Part shown: positions 28,805 to 41,450 of the stretch, piece by piece | Layout: every line of letters starts with the position of its first letter | Numbering within the stretch: the first letter of the stretch is position 1 | Program-made: the position numbers and the translations under genes | Source: Eledone cirrhosa | Lineage: Eukaryota | NCBI GenBank assembly: GCA_964016885.1 | Contig: OZ024751.1 | Coordinates: 33,852,001 to 33,916,000, forward strand | Length of the DNA stretch: 64,000 nt | Direction of reading: 5' to 3' | Notes under the pieces: model-generated | Database searches by the model: none | Told to the model about the DNA's origin: nothing | What the model saw: only the letters and a program-made list of their open reading frames with translations

Positions 28805-28949
28805 ATATATATAATATATATATATACATATATGTTATACTCTATGTATATATATTTTCAACGGGTGATATCGCACATGTCTATCTGACATGACACCCTT
28901 AATTTAACTTAATTTTCGATATATATATAACCATAAATAGTATCCTTAA

Positions 28950-28998
<49 letters not shown>

Positions 28999-29070
28999 TA
29001 TACTTTATAGTGGTAGAGCACTCAGTCCATGGGACGAGTTAGGTAGAAGTGGTAACACAACAGTTAGTTC

Positions 29071-29122
29071 ACCATACCGAGAACAATTGTTTCACCTTAG
29101 CGGATCCTCAGCTCATAATGGT
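29071..29122 (-). ncRNA. Minimal hammerhead motif in left arm of palindrome
   Basis: Exact reverse complement of 29168-29219. Confidence 0.7.
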
Positions 29123-29167
29123 TATATGGATTAGGAAGGACAACGGTTGTCCTTCCTAATCCGTATA

Positions 29168-29219
29168 ACCATTATGAGCTGAGGATCCGCTAAGGTGAAA
29201 CAATTGTTCTCGGTATGGT
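29168..29219 (+). ncRNA. Minimal hammerhead motif in right arm of palindrome
   Basis: GAG/CTC stem I extended by ACCAT/ATGGT; CTGAGGA 29179-29185; T-CC(GCTAA)GG-T stem II with a non-canonical closing pair; GAAA; palindromic CAATTG; GTT triplet. Confidence 0.7.
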
Positions 29220-29240
29220 GAACTAACTGTTGTGTTACTA

Positions 29241-29287
<47 letters not shown>

Positions 29288-29611
29288 AAAATTAAGTTAA
29301 ATTAAGGGTGTCATGTCAGATAGACATGCGCCATATCACCCGTTGAAAATCCAGGATCTGGCTACTGTCGTTTACCAATCGATTAATTGGTGAAATATAT
29401 TTCTTTAATGGAATACAAAGAAGATTAATTAATTTATAAGGTATCTTGAAGTTCTAGTTAAACTTCATTTAGTTACCTACATAGCTGTGTGAGCTTACCC
29501 ACTTTTACAAATTATCACCTGCGATTGTTTCATATGTTTATTTTAGACATACCAAGGCTCTGATACCATCAACACTATAAACACAGAGCTGGTATATCTA
29601 AGAACTGACTA

Positions 29612-29667
29612 ACTGCCTGATGAGGTCATAGCCATTCAATGGCTATCATCGAAATATATATAGCAGT
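29612..29667 (+). ncRNA. Minimal type I hammerhead ribozyme motif (Penelope pLTR type)
   Basis: Stem I ACTGC/GCAGT; CTGATGA 29617-29623; stem II GGTCATAGCCAT/ATGGCTATCATC; GAAA 29651-29654; palindromic TATATA stem III; ATA triplet; AATAAA follows. Confidence 0.85.
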
Positions 29668-29708
29668 AAATAAAGGATTATGAGTTCATGCAATTGACTT
29701 ATGTTTCG

Positions 29709-29759
<51 letters not shown>

Positions 29760-29779
29760 AGATATATAGATATATATAT

Positions 29780-29903
<124 letters not shown>

Positions 29904-30112
29904 AGAATCAAAGCTATGTTCAAAGCATTTATTCACTTACAATTGTTTCATCATTCTGTAGAACAACTGATGTTATTACATTGAGCTATTTATCTTACTG
30001 GTAATAAGGTAGTAATAAATTACTGACCTTCACTGTTTAGGGTTTAAAATATACATAACTATAAAAAGTTTTAGTATATACATAACCATAAATAGTATCC
30101 TTAATATTAATA

Positions 30113-30179
<67 letters not shown>

Positions 30180-30429
30180 GCAGATAAATAGATAGATTGA
30201 TAGATAGATACAAACATTCCTACACATTCTTCAGTGCGTTTGCTTTCATTTCCTGTGTGAGACGTGATAGTTCTCTGCAGCATCACCAGCATCACAGCAA
30301 AGATGTTCTCGTGGTAATGTTTACATCAATGATGATGATGCTGGTGGTTGTAGTGGTTTGGTGATGGTGATCATCATCATCATCATCATCATCCTTATAT
30401 TTATATTTCTTATTATCGCTCTGTCACAC

Positions 30430-31047
30430 ATTGCAGATGGATAATGCGCCGGGGTATTTAGTCATCTGTCAAGTCACAACACAGACCTCAGATAGTTTCA
30501 GGCCATCCATAAATAGAAGCTGGTTCATGAATGGCCCTTGCTTTCCACAGTAGTAACATGTGTATGTTAAAGGTGTCAGAGCTACAAGAACTAAAACTGA
30601 GAATGAGTCCTTTTGGAAGATATCTCTTCAAATTTCTATTTCTCCCAGAAAGAACTTGGTTTACCCTCTCTGGAATACTATTCAGCATAAACTTTATGTT
30701 GTCAGCAATTCCTAACATCTGCACGGATTCACCAATCCAAGAATGTGGCACCATGTCATATTCCTTGTTAAAGTCATAGACATGTTTGTATGATATTTCT
30801 TACAATACCTTAAAACTATCTTATCAATAACCAGGTGATCTTTAGTACCCTGGGACATCTTATCAACATTAGGGGTAACATCATTCTTATTGTTTCCTTC
30901 CAAAGTGCGGAAGAATTGTTTTATCTTAGAACAATCTATTCTCCTCCAACTGTTTATTTCTATTTACATATCTCCTTATCTTCTGGGTTTTCCACAAAAT
31001 TCTCTGTTTTAACTCTTCTACTACTGTATGGAATCCATTCTACCTTA
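30430..31047 (-). pseudogene. Degenerate R4/Dong RT fragment
   Basis: GTKDHLVIDKIVLRYCKKYHTNMSM and MVPHSWIGESVQMLGIADNIK align with the family A RT. Frameshifted and internally deleted; 5' end abuts (TAT)n 31048-31098. Confidence 0.8.
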
Positions 31048-31048
31048 C

Positions 31049-31098
<50 letters not shown>

Positions 31099-31099
<1 letters not shown>

Positions 31100-31415
31100 C
31101 CCGCCTAGGTTAACTTTGCCTTTCATTCTTCCGGGGTCGATAGAATAAAGTACCAGTAATGCATTGGGTAATTGCTGGCCTTGTGCCAAAAGTAGAAACA
31201 ATTATTATTATTATTATTATTATTAAGGGCGGTGGATTGGCAGTGTCGGGCGCCATGCTTTGCAGCACAGTTACGTCCCTTTACGGACTGAGTTCAAATC
31301 CCGCCGAGGTTAACTTTGCCTTTCATCCTTACTGGGTTGATAAAATAAAGTTCCAGTAATACACTGGATTAATTGCTCGCCTTGTGCCAAAAAGTAGAAA
31401 CAATTATTATTATTA
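31099..31415 (+). mobile_element. Two tandem SINE copies (5'-truncated 31099-31200; 31226-31400) separated by (ATT)n
   Basis: Both carry GTTAACTTTGCCTTTCAT..GATA..AAGT.CCAG..GCCTTGTGCCAAAAGTAGAAAC. Confidence 0.85.
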
Positions 31416-31494
31416 TTCATGTTGCTGTTGTCGCTGTTATTGTTTTTGTTGTTGTTGCTGTTGATGATATTATTATTATCACCAACGTCTTCGC

Positions 31495-31533
<39 letters not shown>

Positions 31534-31842
31534 TATCATCACCATCATAATCATCATCATCATTATCATCAACCTTGTTATTATTTTTATAATTCGCTTG
31601 CTTTTGTTCCCCATGTTCCGGTTGCTGACAGAAATCACGAACTCCGCCAAAGTCTGAGATAAATTTAGCGGAAACATGTGCCAGGTTGAGACAATGTTTA
31701 TGGAGTGGAGTATTTCTTTGTGGTGGGCGATATAGTGAGAGGGGGGGGTGTTATGTGGGGGGAGGGCATAGAAGAAGAAGATAGGCCGTACTACCGTTAA
31801 AATTAAGTCTATGTATGTATATATATATATATATGTACGTAT

Positions 31843-31933
<91 letters not shown>

Positions 31934-32447
31934 CATATATATATATACACATATATATATGTAAGTATATATTAACAGTAACAAGTAACATAATGTGATT
32001 CATAATGTATGTACGCATGTGTATAAATGTATGTATGCATGTGTATTTGTGTGTAGACATTTGTGTGTATTTGTATGTATCTATGTATGTATGTATGTAT
32101 ATTTGCGTGTATGAATATATATGTCGGAAATGTAAAATGAAACATTTTAGAAATAAATAAAGAAAGAAAACTAAGACGAAATGGAATAAAAAGACCAAAA
32201 ATTATAATTTTTTAAAAGAAAACATTAATAATTAAATTCCAGTTGATTTACGTATGAATATTGTTTTTAAAACAAATTAAAATTTGATATTCTATTAGTC
32301 TGGCGGGTATTTCACATATAATTACCCCCACAGTTTGTCTTGTTTGTCTTTTGCAAATCATTCAATATTTCATTTTATGCCAAATATAAGAAAGTATGTG
32401 GACGGGAGGTTAACTAACGAGTTAGCTGACAAACTGCCTCGTGGTAC

Positions 32448-32525
<78 letters not shown>

Positions 32526-33013
32526 GTGTGTGTGTGTGTGTGTGTATTTCTCTCTCCTTGTGTGTTTGTGTCGGTGTGTATGCGTATGTATGTGCGTGTG
32601 TCTGTGTATGTATGTGCAACTGACTAAAGCTAACACCTGATGGAAAAAATATTTTGTGTATTTATTTGGTGGTGTTGGTGGTGAGGGAGGGTTGCTGGTG
32701 TTGGCGGAAGTGTATTGGTGGTGGTGTGGTGGTGGGGATGCTAGAGTAGATTTTTGTCAGGTGAAGATTTTAACATATATTTATATTCTCTTACTGGATT
32801 CAGTAATTAGATTTCGGGTATACTAGGGCAAAATTCTCAAAGAATCTTAATTGATCATAATTTATTTTGATCAAGTCTGGAACGTATTTTGTTGGTCGCG
32901 TATTGTTAAACTGTTATGTCAATTGCCATAAACACAAACTCACCGTAAACATAGACATGGATACATATAGATACATTGATATGCATATATATATACACAC
33001 ACATATTCATATG

Positions 33014-33069
<56 letters not shown>

Positions 33070-33214
33070 AATATATATATATAAATATAAATATATAAAT
33101 ATATATATTTATATATATTTATATATATATATTTATATATATTTATATATACATATATATATTATAAGAACATATTTAAAGTTTAAGCAAAGAATCGGTG
33201 CTTTCACCCTTAAC

Positions 33215-33284
<70 letters not shown>

Positions 33285-34751
33285 CGATAGAGAGATATCC
33301 ATTCCTCCATGATTACATGTATTGAATGAAGCTCAGATCTTATCTCAGTTTCATGTGGCTTCCAACGGCTGAGACTACAAGACTACAGAGCACTCTCCAT
33401 CCTCCTATTTCGTCATAATATACACCTACTCTACCTAGTACTCTACCTGTACTCCTTTCCATGGATCAACTTGCTTTTCACTCTGGAAGTCTCAATCTTG
33501 ATCTTAAGATTGATAGCACAACACCCTAACCACGACGTCACTCCTTTGCAGAATATTTTTCTTTATTCTTTTTGCACTCTAATTTTTGTTTATATATTCA
33601 TATTTTATTCGGGTGAATTTTTAGATTTTTTTTTATTTGTATTTATTTTAATTTCCTAATATTCGCAGATGTTTTAGTCTTAAGTAAATCTCCAAAGTAA
33701 TTCACATTCGGCTTTTAAAATTCCACATTAATATTTAAAATACCATGTGAATTTTTACCCGTGTTTTTAATTTGTTTCTCTTATTTTTATTATTTACATT
33801 TCTCAATGTTTATCTTGTTGCTGCAAAGTTGTATTTACTTTATTTCATTCTATATTATTTCCTTTACTAATGTTTATTTTTATGAGTATTCTAAATTTAA
33901 TATAATGTTTTTGTTCTTTGTTTATTTCGTTTTTTAAACTATAGTTTCAGTTAATGATGTTTTAAATGGAATTACACTGCTGGTCTGTTAACCACAATAA
34001 ACTGTTTACAGATATATTTCTTTTTATCTATATGTTTCACTACTTAATGTATTTATACATTTATTTCTGTGGCAGCCTACTTTAATGCACTTCTGTTAAA
34101 ACAGAGAAAGGTGCGGGCATTGACTTTTCATGTAAAGTTCTTCTATAGAAAGAGATGAAGAAACATCAACCATATTTATTCGTGGATAAATATTTAAATT
34201 GCAACCATTTCTCTATTACTTCGTTGTTAACGGGTGGAAAAGCAGGCTTATGAAAGCAAAAACATTGAGTTGTCAGAAACTAGAGGGATTTTCTCTTTGT
34301 CATATAATCTGCTCAATAACGAGCTAAAACAGATGTATATAGCCTAGCCAGAAATAAGAGCCATATTTATCTTCAAAAAAGATCCTTCACAAACTGGCCT
34401 TTGATTGACTTCAATGTATCGATGTGTTGTAAATATTTGAACAAGTGTTAAGTTTCGATGATAATTACATACATCCCTACCAGCAGTTTCATATGACTTG
34501 ACATATATGATAGGGGTCGCTTTTCTATGCCTAACTGAACAAGGAAAACAAACTAGATGAAGCTTCTAGCTTTCTCTTATATTTCAAATTTCACACATCA
34601 TCTTGAAGACAGGACTAGAACTGTTTCATTGTAAGAAATCATCAGGAAAGTTCAGTAAAGGTCATTTCAGAAATATGCCTATACCTTAGTTGCGTTTTGA
34701 GAAACTTTTTCACTGTGGTCAAATCTCGATATACATCGGGAATCCCTCTCC

Positions 34752-34792
<41 letters not shown>

Positions 34793-34867
34793 CATACTTA
34801 CACGAATGTTTATATTACAAACGTATATATGTATGTGATTATAAATGTACGTGTGTGTCTGTGTGTA

Positions 34868-34922
<55 letters not shown>

Positions 34923-35220
34923 GATGATCTCGATAATAAAAATTAAATCAAGCCAGAATCTAATATCCATTATATGTTTGTTTATACATTGTCCCTGAGG
35001 ATAATGTTACATAGATATCTTTACATAGATTCCTTTGAAATATCTAATGTAGAATATATCACACAGACACAAGTATACATATATACACACACACATATAT
35101 ATATATATACATATATATATATACATATATATATATATATTATATATACATACATATCTATCTATATATAATATGTATATATATATATTATATATACATA
35201 TCTATCTATCTACCTATCTA

Positions 35221-35266
<46 letters not shown>

Positions 35267-35382
35267 GACACACACACACACGTGTGTGTGTGTGTGTGTG
35301 TACAATGGGTGTTTTTTCGACAATGTAACGGTTTATTATTATCAATGATACAGTATAATAGAAATGAACGTAAACAACAACA

Positions 35383-35436
<54 letters not shown>

Positions 35437-36222
35437 CTACATATTGATATATCGTTATACACATAAGCATTGATGGGTCCTCCGTCGGTGTTGCCGATGA
35501 GCAGTGAGTTTTATGATGAATTAAATGTCTGACTCACTAAACAGATGTGTATGTGGCTATGAAGAAACGAACCCGGCACCACATGATTGCCAAGCTAACT
35601 TCTAAATCTCTTAACTATTCCTATATATGCATAAGAATAAGTATACCTATGCAGTTTCTGTCTGATGAAGAATAAAACAAATATGGTCGTCATTGGCCAC
35701 TCTATATAAGTTGGTAGCAAGTACCATCCTCCCACTAGTGTATTTAGATGTCTATAATTTCACGGGCAGACAGAGATATACTCTTGATCCTCCCTCTTTT
35801 AATTCGGTGGAAATTATAGGTCGTAACAGGTAGAAATATAGACGAGACTGCACAGGCACTTGACTGGACCGATATATTTTATCGACCGCGAAAAATGAAA
35901 TGGCGCAGTTGGGATTGGTGGAATTATAATTCAGAGAGTAGAGAAGGACGAAGCAAAGCAGCCAACTTTCCAACAACTCCGCCGAATCGATAAAATTGCA
36001 TAAGAATAAGAATACATTGAAAACATCAGAACGAATATTGAAATACGACCGAAAGTGTTAAATAATTCAACTTTAGCACATTCATGAATTAATATAACTC
36101 AAGTAAAGTATTGATACTCGGAATAACGTGACAGTCATACTGAATGACAAAAAGGAACTTGTACAATATCTGAGAAACATTCTAGCTATAGGAACGTATG
36201 GTCATTTTCTGGATGTATTTAT

Positions 36223-36315
<93 letters not shown>

Positions 36316-37033
36316 ACACACACACACATATTTACACACGCATGATGATGTAATAAACTGAAGATGTATATATGATACCGTCTGACTTCCTTTTTATATT
36401 GACGCCCCAACTGATATCATATATGTAATACACACGCTGTGGAGTGCTTATGTCTGATTACAACATAGGCTTGCTCAACCAACAATGATTACTTGAAATT
36501 TCATATATATATAGAGAGAGAGAGAGAGAAATATATGTTTATATATATACATAAACACATCAATATCACACACACATATATGCAGGCTTAAACACACACA
36601 CACATATGTAGGCTTACGCACACACTCACACACACACACACGTATGTAGCCTTACGCACAATGTGGATACTTATTCTTTCAGATATATCTTGCTATATTG
36701 ATTACTATAGCAACAATATTTAACTGAATAGAATTCCGTTGCTACGTAACTGCACACATATACACACACGCACGCACACATACATATATATAGATATATA
36801 ATGTGGGGTGGGGTGTAAACATATTGTGTATTATATTTTCCTTTGATTTCTTGGTTGTGGGTGGTGGCAAAGTTTTGCAGGGAGGTTGATTATATGTGTA
36901 TGTATGAGGGTGTACTTGTGTATATGAGCTTGTACGTGTATATATCTATATATATGTGTGTGTGTGTATGTGTGTGTCTGAATATACAAGTCTTTTATAA
37001 GTTCTTACTCTATGTTCGTATATATGTACGTGC

Positions 37034-37090
<57 letters not shown>

Positions 37091-37094
<4 letters not shown>

Positions 37095-37208
37095 AAAATG
37101 TTTGACCCCGACGGCAGAGCTCAAGCCGTTTCTCTTGCTATTTCTGGACTGTCCAGAAATAGCCGCCGAAACGACTTCAGCTCTGTCGTCGGGGTCAAAC
37201 TTTTTCAT
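37091..37208. mobile_element. ~118-bp palindromic MITE-like element; half copies at 16638-16695 and 61767-61825
   Basis: TTTGACCCCGACGGCAGAGCT..GCTATTTCTGGAC-T-GTCCAGAAATAGC..AGCTCTGTCGTCGGGGTCAAA; abuts TA. Confidence 0.75.
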
Positions 37209-37286
37209 ATTACCCACTCTACTACCCTAAGTATTGAGTACTTTAGTGCGTTATGGTCCATCTGGTTTCTTACCACTCCTCCTTCG

Positions 37287-37376
<90 letters not shown>

Positions 37377-37550
37377 TATATATATATATATGTATGTGTG
37401 TGTGTGCGATATTATGTATCTACAATTATGTTAGTAAAATATTTTGCTAAATTGTCAATATTTATAAAAATCAAATAAAAATTTAGATTTTCGTTTTTTC
37501 CCACAATTTTGATTAGAATAGAAATAAAGAAACTATTATTATTATTATTT

Positions 37551-38018
37551 GCATTTATCTTGCTTTATGTTTATACGAGTTATCACCAAGTCACAACCAG
37601 TGACCTCAAGAGACAACAAGGTCCGCCATGTTCAAGAAAGAACACACATATTCACACATGCATCCTTAGTGTTTAGACTTGTGATGTACTTATATTGACA
37701 GGATCTTCCTTAGTATATGGGCAGTTCCCATTAGTACTATCTTTTGTATTTCTCCTATACGCGGGTTTCCTGGGATTTGCGATAAGTAGTCGTTAGACCC
37801 CTTAGGTATCATTCCCAGAGCGCCTACAACCACTGGTATTGTTTTAGTTCTCAATTTCCACATTTTTCCAATTTCTATCTCCAGGTCCTTATACTTGCTC
37901 AATTTTTCAAATGTTTTTATAGATACATTCTTGTCTATTGGAACAGACATATCAATTAGCAGGCATACCCTCCTTTGAAAGTCCTTCAATATTATATCAG
38001 GTCTATTTGCATCTATTT
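37551..38018 (-). mobile_element. 3' fragment of R4/Dong family B (RLE C-terminus + 3' UTR)
   Basis: Reverse complement of ~44737-45205; identical peptide, one silent difference seen. Flanked on both sides by (TTA)n (37534-37550 and 38019-38074). Confidence 0.95.
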
Positions 38019-38028
38019 ATTATTATTA

Positions 38029-38074
<46 letters not shown>

Positions 38075-38075
<1 letters not shown>

Positions 38076-38284
38076 GGGCGGTGGATTGACACAATCGGTA
38101 GAGCATCGAACAACATGATTTGTGGCATATAACTATAGTTCTTTACGTTGTCGGTTCAAATCCCGTCGAGATTAGCTTTACACGTCATCCGTCGATAAAA
38201 TAAAGCACCAGTAATGCACTGAGGTCGATTTAATCGACTTTCTCCCTCCTCTTCATATTGCTGGCCTTGTGTCTATAGTAGAAA

Positions 38285-38325
<41 letters not shown>

Positions 38326-38326
38326 G
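38075..38326 (+). mobile_element. SINE, same family, within (TTA)n
   Basis: GGGCGGTGGATTG head, GGTTCAAATCCC B-box, (ATT)n tail; TSD (TTA)nTAG. Confidence 0.85.
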
Positions 38327-39119
38327 TGCGACTGGAGGGGTAAGGTCTGTCGATTGTATCGATACCGAAAATATGAAAAGCAAAGGTAAACACGGTGAGA
38401 ATAAAATTGAGAACGTGAAGAGGTAGGGCAAGTGACGCAAATCATTTCCTCTGACAATCCAACCAATGGACCGTACACCGAAATATAATAATAATATAAT
38501 AATAGAAACTCCATTATATACCGATGGCGCTATGTCTCAGGATTTACATATTGTTATATGCCTAGCAACGGAAGAATAATGATCTTCACTTACAGCTGAA
38601 CAGATTCACTCAGCTTACAACTACGTCCGAGGTGCCTCGGTCATTCCTTATATATTAATAACGAGATGAAATCATCTGATGGTGTAAATTTGGCAGTTAA
38701 TGTTCGAGACAAAAGATGAAATGTGCCATATAGGATATGTATTATTTACTTCAATGAATGCATTGATTATATAAGAGAAAGATTATGTCATGTTATTCGC
38801 GTATATTTATATATATATGTGTTTATATATATATATTTGTATATGGATTGTGATATAAAAGTACAATCGTGCAAGCACGCACGTCCCCAAACACAGGCAT
38901 ATACCCATATACCCAGGTATATATATATAGTCTGTCTTTCGTGACTCTACTTTCAGGCAACAATGACCTGTATGTCGTGTTGCGAGTGAAGCTCATATCA
39001 TTGTAAAGAGAATCAAATTCAAATAAGTAATATCTCTTACACATCCTCACACTCTATTCACTTTTCTCCTCGTGCTTTGTTGGTAAGCTTTAACGTTCAT
39101 ATATCTATCTCTCTATCTC

Positions 39120-39152
<33 letters not shown>

Positions 39153-39457
39153 CTGTATATGTATGTATATATGTATGTATATGTATGCATATATATATAT
39201 GTATGTATATGTATGTATGTATATATATATATGTGTGTGTGTATGTATATGTATATATATATATATGTATGTATGTATATATATGTGTATGTGTATGTAT
39301 GTATATATATGTGTAAGTGTATGTATATATATATATGTATGTATGTATATATATATATGTGTGTATGTGTATGTATGTATATATATATATGTGTAAGTGT
39401 ATGGATATATATATATATGTGTGTGTGTGTATGTATATATATATATGTATATATATG

Positions 39458-39492
<35 letters not shown>

Positions 39493-39892
39493 ATATGTAT
39501 ATATATGTGTATGTGTATGTATGTATATATGTGTAAGTGTATGTATATATATATATCATTATGTATATCTATTATAGCCCCCCACACCACCCACCCCACC
39601 ACCACTACCACCACCACCAGAGTGTATATCTCTATGCAAGAGCAGTAAATCTCGTGAGGCCTACCTCAGTTTTACCAGACTGAACCAACAAAGAAAGCAC
39701 AGCTGTAACCGACCAATATTCAACTTATATTTCTCTACAAATGCCACAATTACATCTCTACTGCTTCCTTCTATCTATATTCTATTCTTCTTCTTCTTCT
39801 TCTTCTTCTTCTTCTTCTTCTTCTTCTTCTTCTTCTTCTTCTTCTTCCTGTTACACTTGGCTTTCGGTCCGTTTATTCTTTAATTGTATTAG

Positions 39893-39944
<52 letters not shown>

Positions 39945-40963
39945 ATACTTTGGGTGGGTCATGTTGCCAATAATTCAGAAACGAAATATATATATATATA
40001 TATGAGTGTGTGTACATAATACGGTGCTCCTTCTATATTACTCAACTCTATAGCTTAATAAATAATAACATTTATAAATTACATACCACCACATAATATC
40101 TTACATCTGCACACACTAACACTAGTACTTTGCCATTTCAAATTTACATTGTTGTCTTATTTCACTTTTATTTGCCAAAAGTGTCTGTAGAAGAATGTAA
40201 ATATATGACTTGTTATGGATATATATATTTTTTTTTAATGATAATAATATTACTGGAGAATTCATCAGAATCAACAGAGTGTTAAAGTGCCTTTCGCTAT
40301 TTAGTTACGACCCTTTTTTCCAGAGTTTCAAAAACCGCCGGGGCCATTTTCTATGATTCAACCCAATAAACGATATATACAAGGAATTGGTGGAATTGGT
40401 GGCTGCAGATATCTGAAGAATTTGCCTTCATTTGTGTCTTGCATCGTATTTCTGTGAAAGGAACGTGGATGTTATGTACTGTGCGTATGTGTACGTATGT
40501 GCGTGTATGTATGTATGTATGTATATATATATATATATACGTGTTTGTGTATGTGTCTATATAACGAGACATTTCTAATGAATTTCCTTCTCAGTAAAAC
40601 ACACACAGACACACAGTTTGTCTATCTTTGAGGTATTAAACTACTTAATGAATATACTTACTAATTATCGGCCTTAATCTTTCTATCTACTTACCGCCAT
40701 TTTCATTCTCACTTCCATTACATTGCCTCTGGAGATTTACTTACTAGACACTCTCATTTCTATGAATATTAAACCCTAATCGATTCTAGCTTTTGTTTGT
40801 TTGATTATTGGGTGGCTTGTAGCTTTTTCTTGTTTCTTTTTTCTTGTGTTATTTGGGATCTGTCATAAGTCTCCAAAGTGTCTTCCTTGAAGTTGATGTA
40901 GATATTTGGTTGTTTGATTCTCTTTCTCACACATACACACACTCTCTCTCGATCTGTAATATG

Positions 40964-41005
<42 letters not shown>

Positions 41006-41232
41006 TATGTGTGTGTGTGTATGTATGAGTCTGTCTGTGTATACATGTTTATATATAAATATATGGCCACACACTCGTGTCTCAAACTCGATGTTCGAGT
41101 TAATTTTGTTTGTGTGAGTGTGTGTGTATGTCAAACCCTCTTTTGCGTTATATATATATATATATATATTTATTCAAGACAGAGTTGCACAATCACAAAC
41201 ATTTATTAGTGTTTAGAAGGTATTAGAAGACG

Positions 41233-41268
41233 GCTGGACGTTTCGGGCATTAATCCTTCTTCGGGAAA
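41233..41268 (-). ncRNA. Degenerate hammerhead motif
   Basis: CCGAAGA AGG ATTAAT GCCC GAAACGTC; stem I not recoverable. Confidence 0.4.
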
Positions 41269-41352
41269 TGGAGAGATTAGAGGGAACAGAAAATACTGGA
41301 TTATCGGAAAAAAATACACATAAATAAACACACAGGCACACACTATGTATAC

Positions 41353-41450
<98 letters not shown>

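Larger units (their letters stand above)
29047..29243. repeat. Near-perfect 197-bp palindrome (98-bp arms, 1-nt centre at 29145)
   Basis: Arms are reverse complements with 2 mismatches. Confidence 0.95.
28854..29350. repeat. Outer inverted repeat (~67-bp arms 28854-28920 / 29284-29350) enclosing TA tracts and the inner palindrome
   Basis: ATTTTCAACGGGTGATAT..CTTAATTTT vs AAAATTAAG..ATATCACCCGTTGAAAAT, ~3 mismatches. Confidence 0.9.
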
